Source: Camelus dromedarius
Taxonomy: Eukaryota
Reading direction: 5' to 3'
Assembly: GCF_036321535.1 (NCBI RefSeq)
Contig: NC_087436.1
Location: forward strand, 85,066,001 to 85,130,000
DNA length: 64,000 nt
In this document: one piece after another, positions 25,627 through 38,609 of the stretch
Numbering within the stretch: position 1 is the first letter of the stretch
How the letters are laid out: each line of letters begins with the position of its first letter
Translations under genes and position numbers: made by a program
The notes under the pieces: generated by a model
The model's database searches: none
What the model was told of the DNA's origin: nothing
Seen by the model: the letters and a program-made list of their open reading frames with translations, nothing else

Positions 25627-27254
25627 GTAATTATCATAGCTTTTTTTGCAAAATGCTCAATACTAATGTTTTAAGATACATATTTTTGGCTTTAATGTTT
25701 TATAAAGCATATAAAAAGACTAATCAAGAAAAAGAAATAAAGTAAATTAACTATACTTCAACTTAAAAAAGAAAATTTAATATATCTATAGAGTCATTGG
25801 CTTCAGGGATTAAATTAAGCACTTTAATATATTTTCATGCCTAATTGAAAGAACTTGTCATACTTCTTAGAAAAATAAGTACTCTTGGTAGTTAATTTTT
25901 AAAAAACTTGACAAATTTGAAACACACAGAAAAGTAGAAAGAATGATAAAGTGAGTACTCTAAATACCAGCCAGGTAGATTCAACAATGAACATTTTGCT
26001 GTATTTGTGTGATTGTGTGTGTGTGTATTTGTAGAACCATTTCAGACTTAAGTTAGGCAGTACATATTTTTCTAATATTACTTTTAGCATGCCATCCACT
26101 AAAATAAAGCAGTATCTAGATTTGTAGCAGATTATAATTATCAAAAGAAATGATATACGTGTGTTCTGAAATGTAAATTAAGCACAATGCATTTACTTTG
26201 TTTTTCTTAGTTTCTTGTTCCATAAATCGTTAAATAACATCACTTAGTATTAAGAGGATTTCTGGGGATTTTCTAGATGCTGGAGATGCAGAGACATCTA
26301 AGACATCTACCTCTGCCATTAAAGAAATGTTGGTGCAGTAGAGGGAGACAATTAAATGTAATAATAACATCTTTTAGGTCTATGTTTGAATTCTATACAG
26401 AGTAAAGACACTGAAGAGGGTGTAGTAAGCTCTACCCTTGGAGGATGGAAGTACTGAACTTTAATTCTTGATGTTGGCCTCAAAAATTAAGATTCCCCAA
26501 GTTTATGGAATTGGAGGATGCAGACAGGCTGAATGGGGTATTTTGGGTGGAGTATACAGCTCAATCCGAGGTACAAACATAAGTGGTATCATCTTGCTTT
26601 GGAGGACTTTACATAGTATTAGCAGGCAGACACTGTTGCAGGAGAGATCAGCAGGCGCTGGACCATGGAGAACCTTTAAAATTATGTGTAGGAGCCCAGA
26701 CTTTGTCCTGAAGGCAGTGAGGAGCCATTGAAGGATTTTATGCCTGAGGGAAGAGCATTTGCTCCATGATGAGATTTTCATGCTGAGCTAACTTTGTCAG
26801 CAGAGTCTAGAATGAATTTGGGGAACCAAAACTTGGAACACAGGAACCATTTAGGGCAATCTGATGCTGCTCAGATAAGATAGGTAAGAAATAAGACAGC
26901 AGAGAAATAGAGGAGAGGATAGATGAGGAGGAGATAAGACAAGGGGATAGAATCAATATGACTTGATTACTTATTAGATGTTGTAGAAGAAAGGGAGATG
27001 TTTGGTTTGAGTGCCAAACTATGAAAATACAGAAGACAATGAATGCCTGATGGTGTAGTTTAGATGAAAAAAGCTACAGAGAACTCCAATGAGCAACCCA
27101 TGAGCCAATATCAAAGATTACTAAATGAATGTATGTTTATATATGTCAGATGAAAATAAAATATTTAAGTTAAAAAAGATATTTTTGTGATTCCCCACTT
27201 TGAATATACATATTTGAATAAATATATATATTTATTTATATATATTATATATAT

Positions 27255-29325
27255 TTAACTTTGGCCTCCCTTTACCCATTTCCCTTACCCTCCATCCCCC
27301 TCACTCCTGACAGTCACCAGTCTGTTTTCTGTATCTATGAGCATTTTTTTCTCTTTCTAGATTTCACATATAAGAGAGATCATGTGGTATTTGCCTTTCT
27401 CTGTCAGACTTATTTCACTTATTATATTGTCCTTGAGGTCCATCCATGTTGTCAGAAATTGGAAAAATTTCATTCTTTTTAGTGGCTGAATAATATTTCA
27501 TTTTATATATATACACACACACCACAATTTCTTTATCTATTCCTCCATTGATGGATACTTAGGTTGTTTCCATATCTTGGCTATTGTAAATAATGCTGCA
27601 GTGAATATGGGAGTGCATATATATTTTCAAGTTAGTGTTTTTTCCTTCAGATAACTACCCAGAGGTAGAATTTCTAGATCATATAGTAGCTCTATCTTTA
27701 GTTTTTAAAAGAACTTCCATACTGTTTTCCATAGAGGCTGCACCAATTTTTCTTCCTACCAACAGTGCACATGCATTCTCTTTTTTCTACATCCTCCCCA
27801 ACACTTGTTATTTCCTGTCTTTTTGATGATAGCCATTCTAACAAGTGTAAAGTGATAGCTCATTGTGGTTTTGACTTTTATTTCCCTGGTGATTAATGAT
27901 GTTGAGCATCTTTTGATGTACCTGTTGGCCATCTGTATGTCTTCTTTGGAAAAATGTCTATTCAGATCTGCCCATTTTTAAATTAGATTGTCTGGCTTTT
28001 TGGTATTGAGTTATATGAGTTCTTTATATATTTTGGATATTAGTTCCTTATTAGCCATATGATTTGCAAATATTTACTCCCATTCAGTTGGTTGCCATTT
28101 CATTTTGTTGATAGTTTCCTTTGCTGTGCAGAAGCTTTTTAGTATGATGTAGTCCCACTTCTTTATTTTTGCTTTTGTTGCTTTCACTTTTGGTGTCATA
28201 TTCCAAAAAATCATCTCCGAGACCTATGTCAAAGAGTTTATTATCTATGTTTTCTTCTAGGAGTTTTAAGGTTTCAGGTCTTACATTCAAGTCTTTAATC
28301 TATTTTGAGTTAATTTTTGTGTATGATGTAAGGTAGCGGTCAAGTTTCATTCTTTTGCGTGTGGCTGTCTAGTTTCCCCAACACTGTTTATTGAAGAAAC
28401 TGTCCTTTCCCCACTGCATATTCTTGGCTCTTTGTCATAAATTTATTGCCCGTATATACGTGGGTATTTATTTCTGGACCCTTTATTCTGTTCCATTGAT
28501 CTTTGTGTCTGTTTTATGCCGATACAATAATGTTACAATTACTATAGCTTTGTAATATAGTTTGAAATCAGGGCACATGATGTCTCCAGCATTGTTCTTT
28601 TTTCTCAAGATTGCTTTGGCTATTTGGTTCTTCTGTGGTTCCACACAAGCTTTAGATGAATTTGTTCTATTTCTGTGAAAAATGCCATTGGTATTTTGAT
28701 AGTGATTGCATTGAATCTGTAGATTGTTTCGGGTATTATGGACATTTTAACAATATTAATTTCCAATCCATGGGCACAGAATATCTATTTGTTTCTTCTT
28801 CACTTTCTTTCATTAATGTCTTGTAGTTTTCAAAATACATGTTTTCCACCTCCTTGGTTAAATTTATTCCTAGATATTTTATTCTTTTTGATGTAATTAT
28901 AAATGGGATTGTTTTCTTTATTTCTCTTTCTGATAGTTCATTATTAATGTATAGAAATACAACTGATTTTTGTGTATTGATTTTTCATCCTGCTACTTTA
29001 CTGAATTTGTTTCTTAGTTCTAACAGTTTTTGTGATGGCGTCTTTAGAGTTTTCTATATATAAGATGACATCATCTGCAAATAGTGACAGTTTTACTTCT
29101 TCCTTTCCAATTTGGATGCTTTTTATTTTTTTCTTGACTAATTACTCTCACTAGAACTTCCAATATTATGTTGAATAAAAGTGGCAAGAGACATCCTTGT
29201 CTTGTTCCTGATTTTGAGGAAAGGCTTCAGCTTCTTACTGTTGAGTATGATATTAGCTGTGGGCTCGTCATATAAGGTCTTTGCCGTGTTGAGGTGTGTT
29301 CCCTCTATATCCAGTGTGCTGAGTT
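27255..29325 (-). mobile_element. L1 ORF2 3' part plus 3' UTR, antisense (L1MA-like)
   Basis: Minus-strand ORF 28084..28290 (MNVRPETLKLLEENI...LFDIGLG) is an L1 ORF2 peptide, and L1 homology is continuous across the interval. Confidence 0.9.
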
Positions 29326-31153
29326 TTGTTTTTTGGGTTTGTGTGTGTGTGTGTGAAATAAGGTAAGCAAATATATTAAATAAAAAAGCCAGAAATTGGT
29401 AAAGAAAGTCCAAACAACAAAAAAATATACAAAGTCTTTCCCCAGGTGCTGATAAGAACCTAATACATTATCATTGATTTCCATTATCAGGGTGTGTTTA
29501 AAATGGAGCAAGAACTCAAACATACGTGCAAAGCAATTGGAGTGCAGAAATCTGTATTCTTCCCTGATCATTTATATCTGTCTGATCTACAATGAACTAA
29601 ACATTTTTTTCCTCAGTGGTTCACCTTTATTAAGTTTTTCCAGAGTATACATTTAATTTTCATAAGAACTATTATTTTTCCTGTTGCACTTTTATTTATT
29701 TGCTAATTTTAATAAAATGTGCAGTTGACACAAACAGGTGTAGAGGGAAAAGGTAGACAAAGTCCAGGAGGATCACCACCTGCCTAGAATAGGCAGTATG
29801 CCCTGGTGTGAGTCACTTAGTTACTTCACCTTCAAGAGCTTCACCTTCGACTGTGGGTGTGACAGGTTTTAGGAGTTGAGGATACAAAGCAGAATAAGAA
29901 GTTTTATGGTATAGTGCAAGAGGCCATTTAAACATTATGTGTATATATATATATATTTTGAAAATACATACAAAGTAGTACAAGAGAAAAAAGCACTAAT
30001 TTTGTCTGATCAAAGTATCTTCCCTAATTAAGAGTGCACACTAGTTTTTCTTTCCTCATACACTATTATTTCAAATATGCTCCATATAAATGATGAGGAA
30101 GTGAGTACAAAGGAGAGATACACTTCTACCGAATTTAGGTGTTTTTTTTTTTTAAAGAAAATATGGATAAAGATCAGATTTTTTTTTGGTTGAGGGCAGA
30201 GGGGAGATTAAGTTCATCAGCTGTTGATATCAGAATGGATAAGATTGCCCAGTGAATGTGTCTAGGATGAGAAGAGGGTCCAGGACATAATTATAAGGAA
30301 TATCTACATTGGAGGCATAGAAACAGAAAAAGGAAGTCAAAGGAATAAAAAGAAATTTAATAGAAAGTGTTATCAAAGAAGTCAAAAAAGGAGAGTTTTT
30401 CAAGAAGGGAAGTAAACAGAGCATAGAGGTTTTTATCTTTTTTGTTGGGCTGTGACCAGGAGAGAGAGTAGTCATTAGAAGGGGAGAGAATGGGAAGGGA
30501 CTTTTTAAAAAATGTAGTAACTTGGATATGTTTATGTAAAGTGGAGAAGAAAAGATTAAGAGAACAGGAGAGTAGGGAAGCTGAATAACAAATGGAGGAA
30601 GACCCCATAGGAAATGGAAGGAGTGTGGGATAGAGGACTAGCTTTGAAAGAATTTGATAAAGCTGTGCATGAGTGATAGACTGGAAGAGAAGGGACTAAT
30701 CAGAGCATGAATGTAATGAGAGTTAAGTGATAGAGCAGGAGGAATTGCAGGTTTGGGTTACATTTCCGATTGATTTTAAATTTCTGATGAGGAATAGTTC
30801 TGGATAATGGGGAAAAGGACATGGCATGTCAGAGAAAAGGGTGGATGAAGTTTGTTAGAGTAAAAGAATTCAAAGAAGTCTGAAATAAGAACTTTGGATG
30901 TGATTATCTCATGTGGAAATAAACCCATGATGATAAGAATTGGGATCCTCTTGTTTCAATTCAGAATTGCTAAAGATTTCCCTAAATGTGTCCAGTTTTT
31001 TTCTTTTCTCTTTCCTCCCTCCCTCTTGCGTTCTATAAACTGGCTCAATTAAATTGATGCTAAGTCAGATGTGGTCAACCTCAGCTAGGCATCAAATTAC
31101 CATGGTAGCAAGCTTCCTAGGCTATAACAATGTTTGTAATAAAAATTACTCTA

Positions 31154-31265
31154 GGGTAGGGCTGGGGGTAGAGTGCATGCTTAGCAGGCACGAGGTCCTG
31201 GGTTCAATCCCCAGTACCTCCATTAAAATAATAATAATAATAAAATAAATTTTAAAATAAAATAA
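31154..31265 (+). mobile_element. Vic-1-like tRNA-derived camelid SINE
   Basis: ggtagagtgcatgcttagcaggcacgaggtcctgggttcaatccccagtacctcc followed by an A-rich tail. B-box GGTTCAATCCC at 31201-31211. Confidence 0.85.
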
Positions 31266-31460
31266 TTCAAAAATCAGAGAACTCATTATTTCATCATTAC
31301 TAAAGGTAACAATAGAGGATGACAGTTGATATGCTCTTGTATTGAAAGGATATCTAAAGATATATTTTTGTCATGGAGATGTTTCACTTATTTTATTAGA
31401 CTGAGATAAGTTGTCTTGTTTTTTTTTTTAAAATGTTGTATGTACTGTTTCTCTTTTTAG

Positions 31461-31669
31461 TATCCCAATGTGTTTGTTGGTTAACCAGCATCTTAGTCTT
31501 CTAGCAAGAAAGTTTCCTGAAACTAAATTTCTTAAAGCCATCGTGAACAGCTGTATTCAACACTACCATGACAATTGTTTACCAACAATTTTTGTTTATA
31601 AAAATGGTCAGATAGAAGGCAAATTCATTGGAATTATAGAATGTGGAGGGCTAAATCTCAAGCTAGAAG
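31461..31669 (+). CDS. PDCL2: PDCL2 exon 5 (209 nt): IPMCLLVNQHLSLLARKFPETKFLKAIVNSCIQHYHDNCLPTIFVYKNGQIEGKFIGIIECGGLNLKLE
   Basis: Acceptor ctctttttag|T and donor GAAG|gtaatt. Overlaps ORF-track entry 31468..31725 and contains the phosducin motifs LARKFP and LPTIFVYKNG. Confidence 0.98.
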
Positions 31670-32879
31670 GTAATTATGTTATTTTCAAAATTTGTAAAAA
31701 AAAGGTGAAAACTTCTATAAGTTAACAAATATCATAAAAGTTTATTTCCATAAAACGTAAGTTGTTTTCCTCCTTGTTTCTAGTTTCTTTTTATATGCCT
31801 CCAGAATAAGTTTCCTACAATAATACTCTTAGCATAACACCTACTGGCTTAAATCCTTAATGGTTCACTGTTTCAAATAAAAAATTCAAAATCATCTGCT
31901 TGAGATTTTTAGCCACACCTATGCAACTGTATTTCTCAATGCTTTCTAGTTTCTGCTCCAGCCAGGCTGGTCTTCATTCACTACCCCAGACACAGTTCAT
32001 TTGTGCCTTTGTACTTTGTTTCATACTCTTTTCTTCTAGTTGAAATACCCTACCATTCTTTATTCTTCCTTACAAACCCTATTTCTTTATGGGTCCCCTA
32101 GGTTTCCATTTATTCCATTATGTGATTCTGGACCAATTTATAATCTGTCTTCATCTTCTCTCCTGAATTTATATAGCATACATTCCCTATACAACTTATT
32201 TCGTGTCTTATCAGATATCATTGGTTAGTCAATTCCCTTTCAGTTTTGTCTCTCTAACAGGTACAAGGACTATGTCTACCACTATTTTCTTTTTCATAGT
32301 GCACAGCATAGGGCTTCATATTTTCACCTTCTTTAATAATGTTTACTTCCTAACATAGTTCAAAGGCCATATCTTTCATCTAGTCATTTCTTAGAACTGC
32401 TTTAATTCTACAGTACTACACTTTTTTTCTTTTATTATCATGTTAAAGCCATTGTGAATAGCTACTTTGAACAGCACTGCTTTCACTCTCTCATTCCACT
32501 ACAGCTGTTTTTGGCCTTACCTCCAGTACTTTAGTTGTTCCAGAATGACTCCCTTTTCCTTCTCCCAGTCTTTAAGTCCGCTCTTTGTTTTACCACCTTG
32601 TTTTTTCAGTTTGTACCTTATCCTTCTAACTTAAAAGAATACATAAGAGTACAGACAATAATACAGCAAACATTATGCAATTGTTACCAAAAATAACAAA
32701 TAAGAACCTTTGTTCGTTTGTCAGCTCAGCTATTTGTTTATTGTTGAAATTAACACTACAGATACAGTTGAGGTTACCTATATTTCCATCCCTAGTCCCA
32801 TACCCCTCCCTGCCTCACTAAGCAATCACTGTCATGAATAGAGTGTTGCCTGGTCCATGCTTTTTTAAATTGTTATATT

Positions 32880-33710
32880 TAAAAAACTTTGTCGTAAAAT
32901 ACACATAACATGAAATTAACCATTTTAACCAGTAAAAAATATATATAATATTATTAACTATACTTACTCTACTGTACATTACATACCCGGGACTTATTTT
33001 ATAAATAAATAAGTTATTTTATTTAATCATTTTAAGTATGTAGTTAAGTAACATTAAGTATATTTTCACTGTTGTACTATCATCCCTATTATCCATCTCT
33101 AGAACCCTTTGCACCTGGCATAACTGCAACTCCACATCCTTAAACAATTCCCTGTCCCCCCCCCCCCCCCCCAGCAACCGCCATTCTACTCTCTAACTCT
33201 GAATCTGACTACTCTCAGTACCTGGTATAAATGAATCATACTGTGTTTATCCTTTTGTGACTGGTTGATTTCACTTGGCATAATGTCCTCAACGTTCATC
33301 CATGTTGTAGTGTATATCAGCATTTCCTTCCTTTTTAAGGCTGACTAATATTGCTGTATGTTTTTATAGCACATTTTGTTTACCCATTAGTCTGTTGATG
33401 GACACCCGGGTTGTTTCTACCTTGTGGCTATTGCGAATAATGTTGCTATGAATGTGGATGTACAAATAATTAGTTTTAGTCCCTGCTTTCAATTCTTTTG
33501 TGTATATACTCAGAAGTAGAATTGCTGGATCATATGGTAATTCTACATTCATCTTTTGAGGAATAGCCATACTGTTTTCCACAGTGGCTGCACCATTACA
33601 CTCCCACCAACAGTACTCAAGAGTTCTAATTTCTGTACATATTCATCAACACTTGTTATTTTCTGTGTGTGTGTGTTTTAATAGTAACCACCCTAATGTA
33701 TATAAGGTGT
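32880..33710 (-). mobile_element. L1MB-like 3' end, antisense
   Basis: Minus-strand ORF 33364..33582 (ELPYDPAILLLSIY) is an L1 ORF2 C-terminal remnant. Confidence 0.8.
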
Positions 33711-34109
33711 TTTCCCCCCATTGAGTTTTAATGTTTCCTGTGTCACTTTTCATGGTTCCAAAAATGCTTCAATTTGTTTCAGAAGTCTACTGTGTTCCAC
33801 TGGTCTGTTTGTCTATCCCTCAGTACAGCACTGTGTTAATTACTATACCTTTATAACAATCTAGTTGCCTCTAGTGGGGCAGATATTTTTCAGAATTTGA
33901 TATAAATGTTGGAATTAGTCAAGTTCTGTGAAAAATCCCATTTTTAACTTATTACATTATATTTATAGATTACTTGTTGGAGGCTTGATATCCTAATAAT
34001 AGTGACTGTTCCTATCCATGAACGAGATTTAGCTTGTCATTTATTTTGGTCTTCTTTTATGTTTTTTGTAATTTCCCTCATAAATGTAATGTATTTATGT
34101 ATGCATATA

Positions 34110-34330
34110 CAGTTGACCCTTGAACAGAACAACACAGGGGTTGGGAGCAGTGACCCCTGTGCAGTCAAAAGTCCGCCCATAACTTTACAGCCAGCCCATG
34201 GTATTTGCGGTTCTGCATCTGTGGATTCAACCAACCACAGAACATGTAGCACTGTAGTATGCTTATTGAAAAAATTCCACATGTAAGTGAACCCCTGCAA
34301 TTCAAACGTATGTTGTTCAAGGGTCAATTG
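34110..34330. mobile_element. Tigger2-type (Tc1/mariner) MITE, 221 bp
   Basis: TIRs CAGTTGACCCTTGAACA / TGTTCAAGGGTCAATTG, with TA target duplications at 34108-34109 and 34331-34332. Confidence 0.9.
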
Positions 34331-35075
34331 TATTACATTATGTAATGTAATATATTTTGTAATTTTCCTCATAAGTGTATTTTGTAATTTTCTTAATAAA
34401 TGTTCTGTTCATCTGTATAGTACTTAGGAATACATTAACAAAACCATGAATTTGCCAGGATGGGGGATTTTGGTTATCCATTCAGTTCTTTTCAGATTTC
34501 TCTCTTGGATATTTTTCTGTAATTCACATTTTTGTTGAAATTTTCCCTTTAAAATTTTCAAAACTATTGGCATAAATTTTTTCATAGTAGTCTCATGGCT
34601 TTAAAATCTTGGTTATGCCCCATGTAAATTCTTTATATTATTTGATCTCTTTACTTTTCTTGTGATCATTTTTGCCTGAGGTGTGTCTATTACTCTCTTC
34701 AAAGAACCAACTTTTGATTTTGTTCGTCACCTCTACTGATTTTGTTTTTCTATTTTTGCTAAAGAATTCTCTTCATCATATCCCTCTCTCTGCTTGGGTT
34801 TACTTTATTGTTCTTTTCCTAGCTTCTTGATTTGAACTTTCAAAGCACTATTTTCAGGCATTTTAAAATAAACATTTTAACCATAATTTCTCCCTTTAAG
34901 TATAACTTTGCTGTATCCAATGTATATTTTGATATTGTAGTACATTCATTATAATCCAGTTCTAAATATATCATTTCCACATTATTAGCGTCAACTTCTG
35001 TTTCATATAGATGAAAAATTCTTCTTTTCATTTTTTCCAAGAATTTTATCTGATTTAATGGGCTATTTATTGCAG

Positions 35076-35233
35076 AACTTGAATGGAAGCTAGGAGAAGT
35101 TGGAGCAATACAGACTGATTTGGAAGAAAATCCCAAAAAAGGCACTGTGGATGTGATGGTATCTTCAATTAGAAACACTTCTATTTATGACGACACTAGT
35201 AGTTCAAACAGTGATAATGATGATACCAAGTAG
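35076..35233 (+). CDS. PDCL2: PDCL2 exon 6 coding part (158 nt): (E)[51 protein letters not shown]
   Basis: Acceptor ttattgcag|AA and TAG at 35231-35233. The exons sum to 6+121+91+144+209+158 = 729 nt, i.e. 242 codons plus stop with no frameshift. Confidence 0.97.
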
Positions 35234-35241
35234 AAATACTT

Positions 35242-35247
35242 AATAAA
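35242..35247 (+). terminator. PDCL2: Candidate PDCL2 polyadenylation signal AATAAA
   Basis: AATAAA 8 nt after the stop codon, with T/GT-rich sequence downstream (ctttatttgtc near 35276-35286). Confidence 0.55.
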
Positions 35248-36782
35248 TAGCTTTAAGGTGTTAGTATATGGAATACTTTATTTGTCACTGCCTTTATAGT
35301 CAGAGATGAGAAAATTTATACATAGATCTATTTTATTTCGTTTTTATATTAGAATTATAGCTTATATGTCATTATAAAAACTTACAGCTGTTTCTGAATA
35401 TTCATTGCCTCCGACAAAACCGGAATTTGTACTGAACTCCCTTAAGTTTTTCTGTAGTTTATCCTTTTTCTGATCCTTGTTGGACAAAAACGAACATATT
35501 CCAAGTCCTCTGTGTGGCCTGCTCACTTCCAAAGAGGCCTATGAATGAAAATGATGAAAGAGCACCGTGAGATTTCATTTAATTTACATCAGTAGATATT
35601 AAAGTCTATTATTTAGGGGCTTGAATGAAAAATCCTTAAATTTATGACCATGCGCTTTTTCTTTAAAATCTTATATCTATTAAAAAAAATTTAACCACTC
35701 AATAGAAAAATGCAATTTAAAAAAAGTACATAAGAAATATCTCCACTCATTAATATCGTTTTTAATAGTTGTTCTATTATCATTAGAAAATACCAACTTA
35801 CTAAGTAGTCCCACTAACAGACTGTAGAATCTAGAACTGTATGACATGTAAGTTTCTAAATCATGAGAAGTGAGAAAAATATATTGTGAGGCTCACCTAT
35901 GTCTTCACAGTAATCACAGAAGAATTCATCGTGAGAAAACATACAATATTAGGATGCTGCAGAAGACCTGCAGGATTTTTTTTTATCTTGGCTTAATAAG
36001 GAACATCACATTTAGAGAAAATGGTGGTAAATCTAGCATGTAGTAGTTCAATAACAGATTTTACTCTTCTACTTTGTTTGCATTGATGACTCATCATTCT
36101 GATTATAGATATTCACTAATGTTGGTGAAGAAATCTAGACTAAGTTTAAATGATTAGATTACAAAAATAAATTGGCGAGAATTGAGACAGTTGAACATGG
36201 AGTCAGAAGAGGCTGTGCTGTTCCTGGGGGTGGGTAGGGATCATAGAGGCTGCAGAGAATGGCGAAGTGAAGGCAAGTTAAGTACGGACGTGAGGAAGGT
36301 AATAGTAATTTATTTCACCAATAAGGTAACATCAAATGATCTAACTTTGGAAAGAATTAGAAAGAGCTCTTTCTTCCAAGAAAGCAAAGAAGAGGTTTTA
36401 AAAATATACTAATTGGAATGAAGGGAAGGAAAGTTGGGAGTTGCTCACAATGGTCTGTATTATAGCTTTATGCACACATATAAGAGAATTATGTATAGGG
36501 TCCAACTCCTGAAATTCTCTAACAAATGGATGAATAAACTCCTATTCAGGATAAAACAGTTATGGAAATGAAAGGAAAAGCCATATTATCATAAAGTTAA
36601 AATGTAACTTTAATGCCATCTACTGCATATAAATAAAGGTTCCCCTAAATGTAATCTTTTGTTTAAGTAAATATACATTTTCCTATTTTCTCTTTTTTTA
36701 TGTTAAAATTAACAAGGTAGTATTAATAGTATTTAAGGTAGCTGAATAAAAAGACACAGATTTCTTAACTCTTAATTCAAAT

Positions 36783-36796
36783 CCACCAGGTGGCAG
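36783..36796 (+). promoter_or_regulatory. Candidate CTCF binding site
   Basis: CCACCAGGTGGCAG is a full match to the CTCF core CCASYAGRKGGCRS and sits in apparently non-repetitive AT-rich DNA. Confidence 0.65.
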
Positions 36797-37242
36797 TAGT
36801 TTTTATCCACAAGTTTCATGAAAACTTTAACATTTGTAAAAATCATAGAATTACAGCATGTTGGAGGTGGCTGGTCTTGATTCCAGCCTCAGCCTTTTTC
36901 AAATGATGCACAAACACAGACACATTCTTCTAGCAAGTACTCATGCTTGCCAACACAGGTCAGTACTACTTCATACCCTACTTCATTTTTTACATTCTCA
37001 TTTAAATAGGGTATAAATATTTGTTAGAATGTGGGGAAATTATGTAATATTTAATATTGTGTATCCCATTTTATTGAATGAATTTTTATTCCATGGGATA
37101 CAAATGTGAAATGTTTTTAGAATTTGCCAATATTAAACTGTTTTTGACCTACAAAAGTGAATATTTCATATATTCCAACCTAATACTTTATTTCTTGCTG
37201 CCAACCATGCTCTGTTAGAACTCCCTTACCTACTTTATAGAG

Positions 37243-37385
37243 CCTTGTTTGTCAAAGTGTGGTCCTCAAATCAGCAGCATCCCCAGGGAGCCTGTTAGAA
37301 ATGTAGAATTTCTGGTCCCATCCCAGACTAACTGAATTGGAATTTTTGTTTTAATGAGATCTTTAGGTGATTAAGCAGTACTGGG
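37243..37385. mobile_element. MER5A-like hAT MITE remnant
   Basis: tcaaagtgtggtcctcaaatcagcagcatc...ctgttagaaatgtagaatttctggtcccatcccagactaactgaat. Confidence 0.75.
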
Positions 37386-37455
37386 TAGCAGACCCCTTAA
37401 AGACATCTTGAGCAGATTCTTTAACTCTTCTTTCAAAATTTCGTTATTAAAAGTC

Positions 37456-38414
37456 TGTCTGGTTTAAAGTCCAATCTCAGTTCCGAGGCAAGTGTTCTCT
37501 GGCTGAACTTGCGACTCAGGAACTCTGAAGATGGAAAGTAGAGTTTGTTTTTGGCCAATTATTTCCCTCTCTTTTCATGGTCCATTCCCTCTGGTATTGG
37601 AAACTGGGAGGGAGATTAGGGAAGAAAGGGATAAGTTTTTCTTAACTGGGTAAGTACAATCCATATTGCATCTAAATGCTCACTCTAACGAGCACACTGA
37701 GTTCTCCTAGAAACTCTGAGGCAGCCTCTCCATGGTAAAGCTCCTTGACATGAGAGATCAGTTTGCAGAGTGCCCTCTGTTTTGATCTCTCTCCGTTCCC
37801 ACTCCTAGAAGTACACCCAGCTGCTAGCTGCTAGAATTTCTTTTCCCCTTATGTGTCAAGACGTTTCAAATCTGGTTGGTACTTTCTACACATCATTGAT
37901 GGACCCAGGAGAAACTTATACATCCTTGCCATGCCAAGTTGTAGGAGTGCACGTTGCTTTCCTTTAACCCTCTTCCTGGCCATTTGTTTCTCTCCAAGTT
38001 TCTGTCTTCTTGTTTATGTAGATGTAGGGCATATCAACAAATCCATAAGGCATGAGATGCCAGTCTCTTCTCTAGCTGATTCTGTTGGAGCCTTGTTTAC
38101 TTAACTCAGAATAGGTAAGTGAAAAATAGGAAAGGAAAAGCCATAGTACTCTCCAGGAATTTAGTTAAGACATGGCTCCAATGATTCTCTCATCCTCCTT
38201 TTCCCATATTCTCTGCTTATATTGCCTGAAAGTAGGGGTTGGAGGTTTTGACCATGTTGGGTCGTTTTGCCAGCTTTTAGTCCTGGCTAAAGGAGTAAGT
38301 TATCTGGCCCCAAATGTTGGCAGCTATTTAGAGGATGAGTACTTCATGTTCTTTGTTCCCATTTTGAACTTCACTCAGCAGCCTCTTATTTAGGTGTTAG
38401 CTGTGTCCGTTACA
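37456..38414 (-). mobile_element. Possible ancient LTR (LTR78-like, tentative)
   Basis: TG...CA-bounded block of about 960 bp. The minus strand starts tgtaacggacacagctaacacctaaataagaggc. The family call is from recall only. Confidence 0.35.
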
Positions 38415-38609
38415 ATATTACATATTCTTGTGGGTACTCAAATAGTTACTAACACAGTACTTAGTGTTTCACTGTTTTCAGTTTCTCTCTCCTTTGCACT
38501 TTAATACACATTGCTAAGTTTACCTCTTGACAACACTGTAATCTGCCTACAATCTTAATTTAGGATATAAGAATGAGCCTAAAAATCTTCTAGCATGTTT
38601 TATCTCTCA

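Noticed and set aside
31154..31225. tRNA-like A/B boxes (also at 62260-62340)
   Set aside because: An A-rich tail, a TSD on the second copy and no full acceptor stem indicate SINEs, not tRNA genes.
34840..35178. 112-aa minus-strand ORF overlapping PDCL2 exon 6
   Set aside because: It is an antisense shadow of the exon plus intronic repeat-like sequence, with no independent support.
36570..38145. Exact 16-bp direct repeat GAAAGGAAAAGCCATA at 36570 and 38130
   Set aside because: It is low-complexity and purine-rich, such a match is expected by chance in 64 kb, and the enclosed DNA has no poly(A) tail or single-element structure.
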